Assembly: GCA_000995965.1 (NCBI GenBank)
Contig: LBYD01000002.1
Coordinates: 7,889-71,888 of the forward strand
Direction: 5' to 3'
Source: Candidatus Moranbacteria bacterium GW2011_GWC2_40_12
GTDB taxonomy: Bacteria; Patescibacteriota; Minisyncoccia; Moranbacterales; UBA11712
DNA: 64,000 nt
Positions within the stretch are counted from its first letter, which is position 1, and each line of letters begins with the position of its first letter. Positions 1-8,233 of this stretch are shown here, in pieces. The position numbers and the translations under genes are program-made. Below the pieces are notes generated by a model. That model saw only the letters and a program-made list of their open reading frames with translations, was not told the DNA's origin and did not search any database.

Positions 1-47
1 GCAAAGACAGTCTCTTCGACCAATGGGGTTGCCTGTCCCTCACGACT

Positions 48-359
48 TTGGCTTCAATGATGGCCGGACGAAGAGGCTATCAGGTAGCAATAGGAAAGCC
101 AAAGGACATGGCGGAGCGTTTCATCAACACAGTTTTGATCAAAAATAACGGAGAAATTTTTCAATTAGTAAGATCCGAACTAGACAGCACGGAATTCAAA
201 AAAATGGACGTTGAAGATGTTTATCACCGTTTTATGCGGTATCGGCCCTTGACCAACCTCGGCCGCGGCAGTTGCGATAAATTGGAAGAAATTTATCCCG
301 ACGAATTATTGAGATTGGTGACAAAAAAAATGAACAAGCCTGATCGTTCCAAGAGATAG
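48..359 (+). CDS. hypothetical small protein (103 aa; the true start could lie upstream of the window edge)
   Basis: Open frame from the ORF track; no recognisable motif; followed by a hairpin at 366-390 (gttcctaa-N9-ttaggaac). Confidence 0.3.
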   Translation: MASMMAGRRGYQVAIGKPKDMAERFINTVLIKNNGEIFQLVRSELDSTEFKKMDVEDVYHRFMRYRPLTNLGRGSCDKLEEIYPDELLRLVTKKMNKPDRSKR

Positions 360-398
360 TTAACCGTTCCTAAGGTCGAACTTTAGGAACTAGAAGAA

Positions 399-418
399 TT
401 ACGTAATTAATTACGTAA
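399..418. promoter_or_regulatory. Perfect 20-bp palindrome TTACGTAATTAATTACGTAA, 35 nt upstream of the tspO start; candidate operator
   Basis: Read directly from the sequence; a near-identical copy (ttacgtaattaattacataa) lies at 1732-1751 upstream of msrA. Confidence 0.4.
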
Positions 419-452
419 CACCGGCGGGGAAAAATAATTTACAAAAAATAAT

Positions 453-857
453 ATGAACACATCCAACTGGTATTCCCAACTATTGAAACCATCATGGGCG
501 CCGCCGAGCTGGCTCTTTGGACCGGTGTGGACGGTTTTGTATGCGATTATTGCCGTATCTTTTGGCACGGTGTTTTGGAAAACTTTCACCGGCAAACTCG
601 CCTGGATAGTCGCCCTGCCGTTTGCGCTCAATCTGATTTTCAATTTCGCTTTCACTCCTTTGCAATTCGGCCTCAAAAACAATCTTTTGGCGGCGATTGA
701 CATCTTGCTGGTTCTCGGCACGCTCATTTGGGCGCTTCTTGCCCTTTGGCACGCATCACCCGGACTTCGCTGGGTCGTCTTTGCCAATATCCCCTATCTT
801 CTTTGGGTCACCTTCGCGACCGGTCTACAACTCACAATTACTTATTTAAACCGGTAA
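453..857 (+). CDS. tspO: TspO/MBR family tryptophan-rich sensory protein
   Basis: N-terminal WYxxLxKPxWxPPxxxFxxVWxxLY signature and 5-TM hydrophobic profile over 134 aa. Confidence 0.85.
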   Translation: MNTSNWYSQLLKPSWAPPSWLFGPVWTVLYAIIAVSFGTVFWKTFTGKLAWIVALPFALNLIFNFAFTPLQFGLKNNLLAAIDILLVLGTLIWALLALWHASPGLRWVVFANIPYLLWVTFATGLQLTITYLNR

Positions 858-899
858 ACCCCATATTTAATCCCGGCGGGGGACAAATAAATCAAAAAT

Positions 900-1259
900 A
901 TGCCAATTGAAAAACAAGAAAAATTAGATCAGGAGGAAAAATTGCCGGCAATTTATGACAAATCCATAAAGGTTCTGACTGATGGCGGGCTGGACAATGA
1001 TTCGGCGCGCGAATTGATTGTCGGATGTTATGAAAAGTTTCAAAAACAAGTAACTCCGGGTATGATAATCAGCGCATGGCTTGAATATATCCAACAAAAT
1101 CCTGTTGAAGGAAAAGATCTTGACGATGAAGACGATAACCTAATCATTGCCCAACTGGCGAAAATCATCCAAGAAAAATTCTCGAGCAAAGCTGGCAAGG
1201 CACCAAAAATTATTTATAAAGGTGGCGGTATCAACATCACAGAAAGTTCGAATAACTAA
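900..1259 (+). CDS. hypothetical acidic protein (119 aa)
   Basis: ORF preceded by the CCGGCGGGGG motif 17 nt upstream; Asp/Glu-rich; no known domain recognised. Confidence 0.45.
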   Translation: MPIEKQEKLDQEEKLPAIYDKSIKVLTDGGLDNDSARELIVGCYEKFQKQVTPGMIISAWLEYIQQNPVEGKDLDDEDDNLIIAQLAKIIQEKFSSKAGKAPKIIYKGGGINITESSNN

Positions 1260-1372
1260 TAATTAATCTGGCTGTTTCTATAGCTAAACTTGAGGAATAA
1301 ATGCAAATAAGTATTTAATTCCGTAATTCCGGCGGGGAATTGGAAAGTAATAAATAATCACACAAAAACCAT

Positions 1373-1693
1373 ATGCAAAAACAATTAATCAAACTCGCAT
1401 TCTTTCTCGCTTTGGGCGAGGCAATGTATATCGGACTCGTGGCGCTGCTCATGGGCAGCGCCGAGCGGTTTTTTAGCAACACTCCCGACAACAAAATTCT
1501 TGCCCCGATCACCTTCCTTCTCCTCTTCGTTCTATCGGCGGCAGTGTCCGGCGCGCTCGTCTTGGGAAAGCCGGTGCTCATGTACGTGGAAGGTAAAAAG
1601 AAAGAGGCTTTGGAGCTTTTTGGCTTCATCCTTTTCTGGCTGTTTATATTCTTCGTGCTGATGGTGATCAGTTTGGTGGTTTTTCGGCAATGA
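1373..1693 (+). CDS. hypothetical small membrane protein (106 aa, ~3 TM)
   Basis: Hydrophobic segments; the CCGGCGGGG motif lies 35 nt upstream. Confidence 0.45.
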   Translation: MQKQLIKLAFFLALGEAMYIGLVALLMGSAERFFSNTPDNKILAPITFLLLFVLSAAVSGALVLGKPVLMYVEGKKKEALELFGFILFWLFIFFVLMVISLVVFRQ

Positions 1694-1731
1694 ATCGGGG
1701 GAAAGAAATTTCGGCAGAGAGGTAAATATAA

Positions 1732-1751
1732 TTACGTAATTAATTACATAA
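1732..1751. promoter_or_regulatory. Second copy of the TTACGTAATTAATTAC(G/A)TAA palindrome (1 mismatch), ~50 nt upstream of msrA
   Basis: Sequence match to 399-418. Confidence 0.35.
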
Positions 1752-1755
1752 TTCC

Positions 1756-1788
1756 TAACTCATCCCAATATTCAATGTTGGAATGAGT
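1756..1788. repeat. Family-1 palindrome (CCCAAyATT-N-AATGTTGGr core, imperfect 16-bp stem) between the upstream small gene and msrA
   Basis: aactcatcccaatattcaatgttggaatgagtt is self-complementary with 2 mismatches; related copies lie at 2298-2322, 12028-12050 and 16238-16254. Confidence 0.4.
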
Positions 1789-1803
1789 TTAATGCCATAA
1801 TTT

Positions 1804-2289
1804 ATGATTAAAAAGATAGTATTGGGAGGAGGCTGTTTTTGGGGTTTGCAGGAACTCCTAAGAAAACAGCCCGGAGTGGCGAAAACATCTGCGGGTTATG
1901 CCGGCGGGAAAGTGAAAAATCCAACTTATGAAAATCACGAGGGACACGCGGAAGCGGTGGAGATTGAATATGACACAGAAAAGACTTCTTTCAAAAAACT
2001 GCTCGATTTTTTCTTCCAGATCCATGATCCGACAACTCTGAACCGGCAAGGCAATGACCGCGGAACGTCTTATCGTTCGGTTATTTTTTATGGCAGCAGC
2101 GAGGAAAAAAAAGAAGCCAAAAATTTTATTGATATTGTGAATAAATCCGGCCGCTGGAAACATCCCGTTATTACGACTCTGGAACCCTTGAAAAAATTTT
2201 ATCCGGCGGAAGAATACCATCAGGATTATCTGCAAAAAAATCCCGGCGGATACACTTGCCACGCCATCCGGTTCGGCAGTTATTTGTAA
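1804..2289 (+). CDS. msrA: peptide methionine sulfoxide reductase MsrA
   Basis: GGGCFWG active-site motif at the N-terminus; 161 aa, typical MsrA length. Confidence 0.95.
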   Translation: MIKKIVLGGGCFWGLQELLRKQPGVAKTSAGYAGGKVKNPTYENHEGHAEAVEIEYDTEKTSFKKLLDFFFQIHDPTTLNRQGNDRGTSYRSVIFYGSSEEKKEAKNFIDIVNKSGRWKHPVITTLEPLKKFYPAEEYHQDYLQKNPGGYTCHAIRFGSYL

Positions 2290-2297
2290 GGAGGGAG

Positions 2298-2322
2298 CAT
2301 CCCAACATTGAATGTTGGGATG
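2298..2322. repeat. Family-1 palindrome, perfect 12-bp stem (catcccaacatt-g-aatgttgggatg), immediately 3' of msrA
   Basis: Read from the sequence. Confidence 0.45.
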
Positions 2323-2364
2323 GGTTTGAAAGCTTCTTTGGAGGCTTCCAAGCCCAGTCCCCCA

Positions 2365-2389
2365 CCAGCCCGAGCGAGCTGGTTTTTTT
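2365..2389 (+). terminator. Rho-independent terminator downstream of msrA
   Basis: ccagcccgagcgagctgg hairpin followed by a T7 run. Confidence 0.6.
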
Positions 2390-2538
2390 GAACCCGGATA
2401 GGGCGGGAGGGCTTTTTTGTGATATGATTGAATAATAAAAGGAAATAAAATAGTATTAACAGATATGCATGCCGTTTTTGCGGATTAAAGAGCGGCTCTG
2501 TTGATGAATTATCAAAGGTTTCATAACATATCAATCTC

Positions 2539-3282
2539 ATGCGCAGGCTTCGGATAACTTTGATCCTGATCGCGCTTCCGCTTTTGACCGGAATATTTTT
2601 TGCAGTGTCGAAAAAAAAGCCGGAGACAATTCCCCTGCCTCCGGCTCAATCCTATAATTCCACCGCTTCATCCCAGACCCAAAGCCCGGCTCCGTCCGAA
2701 CCGGAGACCGCTCTTCCTGCCGAAGTGAATCTCGCCATTCCGTTCACTTCCCAAGCCCCGCACCAAAATTGGGACTTGCCCTATCAGCAATTTTGCGAAG
2801 AAGCATCAGTTTTGATGGCGGCCAGTTTCGTCAAAGGGGAAAATATTCTCGGCCCTGACGACTCGGATAAAAAAATGCTCGCCATCAAAGATTTCGAAGA
2901 AAAAAAATTCGGCTATTATGAAGATACGACCGCTGAAGAAACAGCCGTCATTCTGCGGGAAAATTTTGAACTTGCCAATGTGGAAGTTGTTTTCGATCCC
3001 ACATCCGAAAAAATCAAAAAAGCCCTGGCGGGGAGCAAGGCTGTGATTTTGCCTCTGGCCGGAAGAGAGATTGGAAACCCCAACTACCGCCAGCCCGGGC
3101 CGCTTTATCATATGCTGGTCGTGAAAGGCTATACGAAAAACGGCAACCTGATCACCAACGACCCGGGAACTAGGAAAGGCGCTGATTATGTTTATAAACC
3201 GGATGTGCTTCTGAACGCCATTCACGACTGGAACGGAGGAAACGTGGACGCGGGAAAAAAAGTTATGATCATCGTCGGCTAG
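2539..3282 (+). CDS. Membrane-anchored peptidase C39-like (YvpB-like) protein, paralog 1
   Basis: N-terminal TM helix; FTSQAP..W....CEEAS (Cys-box) and HMLVVKGY....ITNDP (His-box) resemble the C39-like peptidase domain; homologous to 4635-5378 and 58467-59252. Confidence 0.65.
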   Translation: MRRLRITLILIALPLLTGIFFAVSKKKPETIPLPPAQSYNSTASSQTQSPAPSEPETALPAEVNLAIPFTSQAPHQNWDLPYQQFCEEASVLMAASFVKGENILGPDDSDKKMLAIKDFEEKKFGYYEDTTAEETAVILRENFELANVEVVFDPTSEKIKKALAGSKAVILPLAGREIGNPNYRQPGPLYHMLVVKGYTKNGNLITNDPGTRKGADYVYKPDVLLNAIHDWNGGNVDAGKKVMIIVG

Positions 3283-3292
3283 GAATTTTTCA

Positions 3293-4609
3293 TCAGGCAA
3301 AAATCTTTCGCACGCGAAGCGGCAGAAGTATTCCAAGAATCAGAAGTTCGGCCGCGCTTCCCAGAAAAAAAGCAAAGGGCAAAGCGGACAGGCCATAGGA
3401 CTGGCTCAAAAAATATCCCCCGGGAATGGCAATGATGATTCCCAAGATGCTCACCGCGACTGGAATGGTCGTGTTTTTTGTCGCGTAGAAAGCTCTTGCC
3501 AATAGATGGACGAGGGCTTCGGTCGGAATGCTCAAGCAAAACATCCCCAGCGCGGCGGCGGTCCGGTCCACGTCGCCGGATTGAAATTCCCCGCCGCCGA
3601 GGAATATTCTGATGAGAGGCGCGCGAATAATATAAATCGCTATGGCAGCCAGAAAGCTCCCGAAAAAAATCAAAAGCGATGATCTTTTGAGTATTTTCCA
3701 AAATTTGTCCTTCGTTTTTTCATTGGCCGCGCCTGCCAAAAGAGGAAAACTGGTCGTCGCGATGGTTATGCCGATGAGACTGATGGGAACACTTTGAAAG
3801 TTGCGGGCAAAACTGATCACCGCCACCGAACCAGCCGCCAAGGTGGAAGCAATGGCCGTGAAACCCCAAAAAGTCGCCAGTTCAATCGGGTGCCCGAACA
3901 TTTTCGGAATCATAAGCCGGATAGTTTTGCGAAATTCCGGCGTGCGGAAGGCAAAAAACGCCTGGAAGCGAAATCCGCTCCGCCAGACGTCGGCTATTCT
4001 CGCCAAAAGATGCAAAGCCGCTCCAAAAAGTGTCCCGATTGCCACGCCCATTATCCCAAAGCGGGGAGCAAGAAGCAGTGTGCCGGCGATTATGCCGAGA
4101 TTATAGAGAACCGGCGAAAGGCCGTAGAAAAGAAATCTTCTTTTTGTGATCAGCATCGCGCCGAGCGCATTCGAAGCCGCGAAAAAAATGGGAGAAAAAG
4201 CGAGAACACGAAGAATTTTCACTACCAGTTGCCGGTCTTCCGCGCCAAAACCGGGGGCGACGATTGCGCTGATGGATCCCGCGAAAATGATGATGGCTGC
4301 CGCAGCCAAAAGCATTGTTCCCGTTGCGGATGTGATTATCGAATTCACGTATTCCTCCGCTCTTTTTTTGTCGGAACTCAAAAGTCCGTTCAGGATCGGA
4401 ACAAAAGCCGCGGCAATCCCGCTCGCGATGAGAATATTGAACAATAGGTCGGGAAAAAGAAACGCCGCGTTATAGGCATCGAGAGATCGCGACGCCCCGA
4501 ACGTCTGGGCGAAAAAATGGTCCCGCGCCAGCCCTAAAACGTATGAGGCAAAACTTGTTGCCGCAAGCACAACACTCCCTTTCGGAACAATTTTGAGCAT
4601 TTTTTTCAT
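3293..4609 (-). CDS. murJ: MurJ/MviN-like lipid II flippase (MOP superfamily), short form
   Basis: N-terminal ...LGLARDHFFAQTFGASRSLDAYNAAFLFPDLLF...AFVPIL matches the MurJ N-terminus; polytopic. At 438 aa it is shorter than canonical MurJ. Confidence 0.6.
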   Translation of the reverse strand: MKKMLKIVPKGSVVLAATSFASYVLGLARDHFFAQTFGASRSLDAYNAAFLFPDLLFNILIASGIAAAFVPILNGLLSSDKKRAEEYVNSIITSATGTMLLAAAAIIIFAGSISAIVAPGFGAEDRQLVVKILRVLAFSPIFFAASNALGAMLITKRRFLFYGLSPVLYNLGIIAGTLLLAPRFGIMGVAIGTLFGAALHLLARIADVWRSGFRFQAFFAFRTPEFRKTIRLMIPKMFGHPIELATFWGFTAIASTLAAGSVAVISFARNFQSVPISLIGITIATTSFPLLAGAANEKTKDKFWKILKRSSLLIFFGSFLAAIAIYIIRAPLIRIFLGGGEFQSGDVDRTAAALGMFCLSIPTEALVHLLARAFYATKNTTIPVAVSILGIIIAIPGGYFLSQSYGLSALPFAFFLGSAAELLILGILLPLRVRKIFA

Positions 4610-4634
4610 AAAATCATTATGCCATCGAGAAATA

Positions 4635-5378
4635 TCATTTTTCCACCACGATCATTGATGTTTTTCTTTCTGGAAATTTTTCGTGAAGCCCGGTGGGATA
4701 ATCTTCCAGAGATTTCTCGAGAATTTCGTATCCATAGCGATAACTCTTCCCGCGGCTGGTTCCGGGATCATGGGTAATGAATTCCCGCGCGGCGTCATCA
4801 TACCCGATGATCACGATCTTGTGGTTGGTCGGCCCGGGAGGCTCATAATTTGGATTGCCTATTGTTGCCCCGTTTATCGGAACGATCACCGGTTTGCCGG
4901 CGGCCAATTCTTTTTTTATGTCTTCGGTCCCGATGTCTTCGACAAGACGCGCTTTGAAATATTTGAAATATTCGTTGAGCAGATGGAGCGTGTCGGCATT
5001 CGACAAATCATGAAAATGCCCGTGCGCTTCGAGATGATAGTCCGACATGTTTTGTATTTCCCTTGCAGCCGCTTCGGGAGAAATGCTCTCGCCCCTGGCC
5101 CAGGCCATCACCATAAGAAGAGAAGCCTCCTCGCATCCGTTTTGTTCCCGGACGTCCTGCCAATTCCCCAGGGGTGCTTGAGAAGTGAACGGGACTTCGA
5201 GCATGATTTTTTCCGGCAGTGCCAATTCGGCCTTTTCAGCTTTTTCGCCGATTCGGCTTTGGAGATTATCCTTTCTTGCGATTGGGACGGAATACTTTTT
5301 TGAAAAATAAAAACCGGCTCCGGCAAGTATCAATACAAAAGGGAACGCGGCGGCAAAAATGTATTTTTTCTTCTTCAT
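4635..5378 (-). CDS. Membrane-anchored peptidase C39-like (YvpB-like) protein, paralog 2
   Basis: VPFTSQAPLGNW....CEEAS and HKIVIIGYDD....ITHDP boxes; N-terminal TM helix. Confidence 0.65.
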   Translation of the reverse strand: MKKKKYIFAAAFPFVLILAGAGFYFSKKYSVPIARKDNLQSRIGEKAEKAELALPEKIMLEVPFTSQAPLGNWQDVREQNGCEEASLLMVMAWARGESISPEAAAREIQNMSDYHLEAHGHFHDLSNADTLHLLNEYFKYFKARLVEDIGTEDIKKELAAGKPVIVPINGATIGNPNYEPPGPTNHKIVIIGYDDAAREFITHDPGTSRGKSYRYGYEILEKSLEDYPTGLHEKFPERKTSMIVVEK

Positions 5379-5415
5379 TGTTTTTGAGTGAAAATGATAC
5401 TATTATTATGATATC

Positions 5416-5997
5416 ATGAAATTCATCGAGAAACACAAATATGACCTGTTCATCTTTTTGATCTTCCTGGCATTTGCTGTTTTCCTGATAGAATTCAGGG
5501 ATAAATTCGGCGTGTTGAGCGACCGGGACAGTTTTGAGCGGCTCATCCGGAGTTTTGGAATTTTCGCGCCTCTCGCCATCATTGCCGCGATAATAATCGA
5601 AGTGGTTCTGGCTCCCATACCCGGATTCATTCCGGCCATTACTGCCGGTTTCATCTTCGGCGCTTTTTATGGTTCTTTATATACTTATACGGGAAATGTT
5701 TTGGGATCTTTTCTTGTTTTCTGGCTCTCCCGAAAATTCGGCCGCGTGATTGCGGAAAAGTTGTTCGGAGAGGAAAAGCTCATAAAATACGAAAAAATGA
5801 TTTCCCGCCGCGAAAATTTCCTGCTTTTTCTCTATGTCTTTCCTGTCTTTCCCCTCGATATCATGAGTGGGGCTTTCGGCCTTTCCAGCATCAGCTTCAA
5901 AAAATTTGCCCTTGGCGTTTCAGTCGGATTCATATTCCATGTCCTGATTCTGAACTTGTTCGGCGACTGGCTTGCCCGTTTGTATTTCATGATCTGA
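5416..5997 (+). CDS. DedA/SNARE-associated (TVP38/TMEM64) family membrane protein
   Basis: Polytopic 193 aa with the G(F/Y)xxG...Y.....G...G......R..GR pattern typical of DedA. Confidence 0.75.
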   Translation: MKFIEKHKYDLFIFLIFLAFAVFLIEFRDKFGVLSDRDSFERLIRSFGIFAPLAIIAAIIIEVVLAPIPGFIPAITAGFIFGAFYGSLYTYTGNVLGSFLVFWLSRKFGRVIAEKLFGEEKLIKYEKMISRRENFLLFLYVFPVFPLDIMSGAFGLSSISFKKFALGVSVGFIFHVLILNLFGDWLARLYFMI

Positions 5998-6031
5998 AAA
6001 AATTTGGCACTGAATATTTATCAGAATAATT

Positions 6032-7261
6032 ATGAAAAAACTTATTATATTGGCGATAATTGCGATTTTGACTGGAGTTATTTTTTGGATTGGAATTTTT
6101 GCTTGGAGAAATTTCCGCGGATCAAGACCGGCCTTTTTGGAGCCAAACCAAAATATCACGGACTTGATCCCTTCACCATCTGAATCGCCAAGCAGCCAGC
6201 CGGAAAATACTTTGCCGGCCGAAAACGCAACGAATATGCCTCTCAAGCTCCCGGACGGTTTTCGCATTTCCATTTTTGCGAAAAATCTTCCCGGCGCGCG
6301 CGTCATGGCCCTCGACACTCTTGGAAACATGTGGCTAAGCCGCCCGAACGCGAATGTCGTGACACTGCTTGAAATTCAAGACGGTAAAGTGGTGAGTCAA
6401 AATGACACGCTGGTCGGACTCAACCATCCGCACGGGTTGGCTTTCGATCCGGATCAGCCACTCCTTCTTTTCATCGGAGAAGAAGATAAAATTACCAAAG
6501 TTCCGCTTTATACCGAAGGCGAATATGAGAAAATCGCCGATCTTCCCGCTGGCGGCGGACATTCAACCCGAACCCTTCTGTTCGGCCCTGATAAGAGGCT
6601 TTATGTTTCCTCCGGATCGTCATGCAATGTTTGCGTCGAGAAAGATCCTAGAAGAGCGGCAATATATTCACTGAACCGTGACGGCACCGACTTCAGGGAA
6701 TTTGCTTCGGGCCTTCGAAACTCTGTTTTTATGACGATCAATCCGCGGACTGAGGAAATCTGGGCGACTGAAATGGGGCGGGATTTTCTCGGGGATAATT
6801 TGCCGCCGGATGAAATCAATGTTATCCGCGAGGGAAAAAAGTATGGCTGGCCGTATTGCTATGGAAAACAGATTCATGACGCCAATTTTGATCCGTCAGG
6901 TTCACGATTTGATTTTTGCAAAACTACGGAACCGTCGCTTATCGACATCCCCGCCCATTCTGCGCCCCTCGGACTCGCCTTTTTGAAAAATTCCGAATGG
7001 CCCGCGGACTATCGCGACAATCTTCTTGTCGCCTATCACGGATCCTGGAACCGGAGCGTCCCGACCGGATACAAAATAGTCCGACATAAATTCGATGAAC
7101 AGGGAAACTATTCGGGGGTCGAGGATTTCGCCACTGGATGGCTGGCACGGGGAAATGCTCTCGGCCGCCCGGTTGATATCCTCGAAAATCCGGACGGAAA
7201 AATATATATTTCCGATGACAAAGCCGGGGTGATCTATCTCGTCGAATGGATCGGGGGATAA
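6032..7261 (+). CDS. PQQ-dependent sugar dehydrogenase (soluble glucose/sorbosone dehydrogenase-like beta-propeller) with signal anchor
   Basis: HGLAFDPD, SSGSSCNVC and GKKYGWPYCYG motifs characteristic of the GSDH family. Confidence 0.8.
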   Translation: MKKLIILAIIAILTGVIFWIGIFAWRNFRGSRPAFLEPNQNITDLIPSPSESPSSQPENTLPAENATNMPLKLPDGFRISIFAKNLPGARVMALDTLGNMWLSRPNANVVTLLEIQDGKVVSQNDTLVGLNHPHGLAFDPDQPLLLFIGEEDKITKVPLYTEGEYEKIADLPAGGGHSTRTLLFGPDKRLYVSSGSSCNVCVEKDPRRAAIYSLNRDGTDFREFASGLRNSVFMTINPRTEEIWATEMGRDFLGDNLPPDEINVIREGKKYGWPYCYGKQIHDANFDPSGSRFDFCKTTEPSLIDIPAHSAPLGLAFLKNSEWPADYRDNLLVAYHGSWNRSVPTGYKIVRHKFDEQGNYSGVEDFATGWLARGNALGRPVDILENPDGKIYISDDKAGVIYLVEWIGG

Positions 7262-7328
7262 TTTTTGAAATGTGAAATAAATCGCCAAACAAGAAGTATT
7301 AATCAATATAACCTTTATTTTTAAACAT

Positions 7329-7523
7329 ATGAAAACTCTCTCTTGCAAAGATTTGGGCATGGATGACGGCTTTGTCGCCAAAGGCGTGAGTGAAGACGAG
7401 GTAATGGACAAAATGATGATGCACGTCAAGGAAATGCACCCGGATATGATGAAAGGAAAGTCGGAAGAGGAAATGATGGAAATGAAAAAAATGATGAAGG
7501 AAAAGATGAAAGACGAAATGTAG
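7329..7523 (+). CDS. DUF1059 family small protein with Met/Lys/Glu-rich tail
   Basis: MKxxxCxDxGxDxxF N-terminal pattern typical of DUF1059. Confidence 0.6.
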   Translation: MKTLSCKDLGMDDGFVAKGVSEDEVMDKMMMHVKEMHPDMMKGKSEEEMMEMKKMMKEKMKDEM

Positions 7524-7724
7524 GCTTTGCGATTATGTCGCAAAGCGCAACCCGGAATCAATCCTCGGCGCAAATTTTATAAAATCGAAAAAGTTAGGCG
7601 AAGCCGCTTCGCGCTCGAGGCAAATTAAGCAAACAATGCATATTTGGGATTGGTGCCGGGGTGGCCATCTGGAATCTATCGCAAAAGCGGTCCGCAAGGG
7701 GTCCGTTTTTGCGAAACAGAAATT

Positions 7725-8144
7725 ATGCTCAAGAAAATTAAAAAAAGTGAAGACGAGTGGAAAAAAATATTGACAACGGAACAATTCCGGGTGATGCGCC
7801 AGCATGGAACCGAGGCGCCATTCACGTGCTCTTGGAATAAAAATGAAAACGGCGTATATCATTGCGCCGCCTGCGGGCTTCCCCTTTTTCGCCATGAGCA
7901 TAAGTTTGATTCCGGCACGGGCTGGCCAAGCTATTTTCAGCCGGTCGCGCCCGACCATGTGGAATTTCAAGTGGACAGTTCCCATGGCATGATTCGGGAA
8001 GAGGTGCGCTGCGCCCGTTGCGATTCGCATCTCGGACACGTCTTTGAAGGCGGCCCGCCCCCGACACGAAAAAGGTATTGCATCAACTCGATTGCCTTGA
8101 AATTTATTCCCGAAATAGATGAGGAACCGGGAGATGGAGAATAA
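7725..8144 (+). CDS. msrB: peptide methionine sulfoxide reductase MsrB (SelR)
   Basis: GVYHCAACGLPLFRHEHKFDSGTGWPSYF and RCARCDSHLGHVFEGGP motifs; start taken at the internal Met (ORF track opens at 7644). Confidence 0.9.
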   Translation: MLKKIKKSEDEWKKILTTEQFRVMRQHGTEAPFTCSWNKNENGVYHCAACGLPLFRHEHKFDSGTGWPSYFQPVAPDHVEFQVDSSHGMIREEVRCARCDSHLGHVFEGGPPPTRKRYCINSIALKFIPEIDEEPGDGE

Positions 8145-8233
8145 ACCATAATTTTGAGAGACTTTTTTTGCGAAGGTTGTTTTTGGTGCTAAACTGAAAA
8201 AAGATTCGGTGAATTAATGGAGAGATTGGAAAA

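Noticed and set aside
3794-4447. 217-aa plus-strand ORF (and other 60-260-aa ORFs antisense to murJ, purH, purL, copA, rpoD, HK and others)
   Set aside because: They lie entirely within, and antisense to, strongly supported conserved genes. They have Arg/Ser/Pro-rich low-complexity translations typical of antisense frames and lack RBS.
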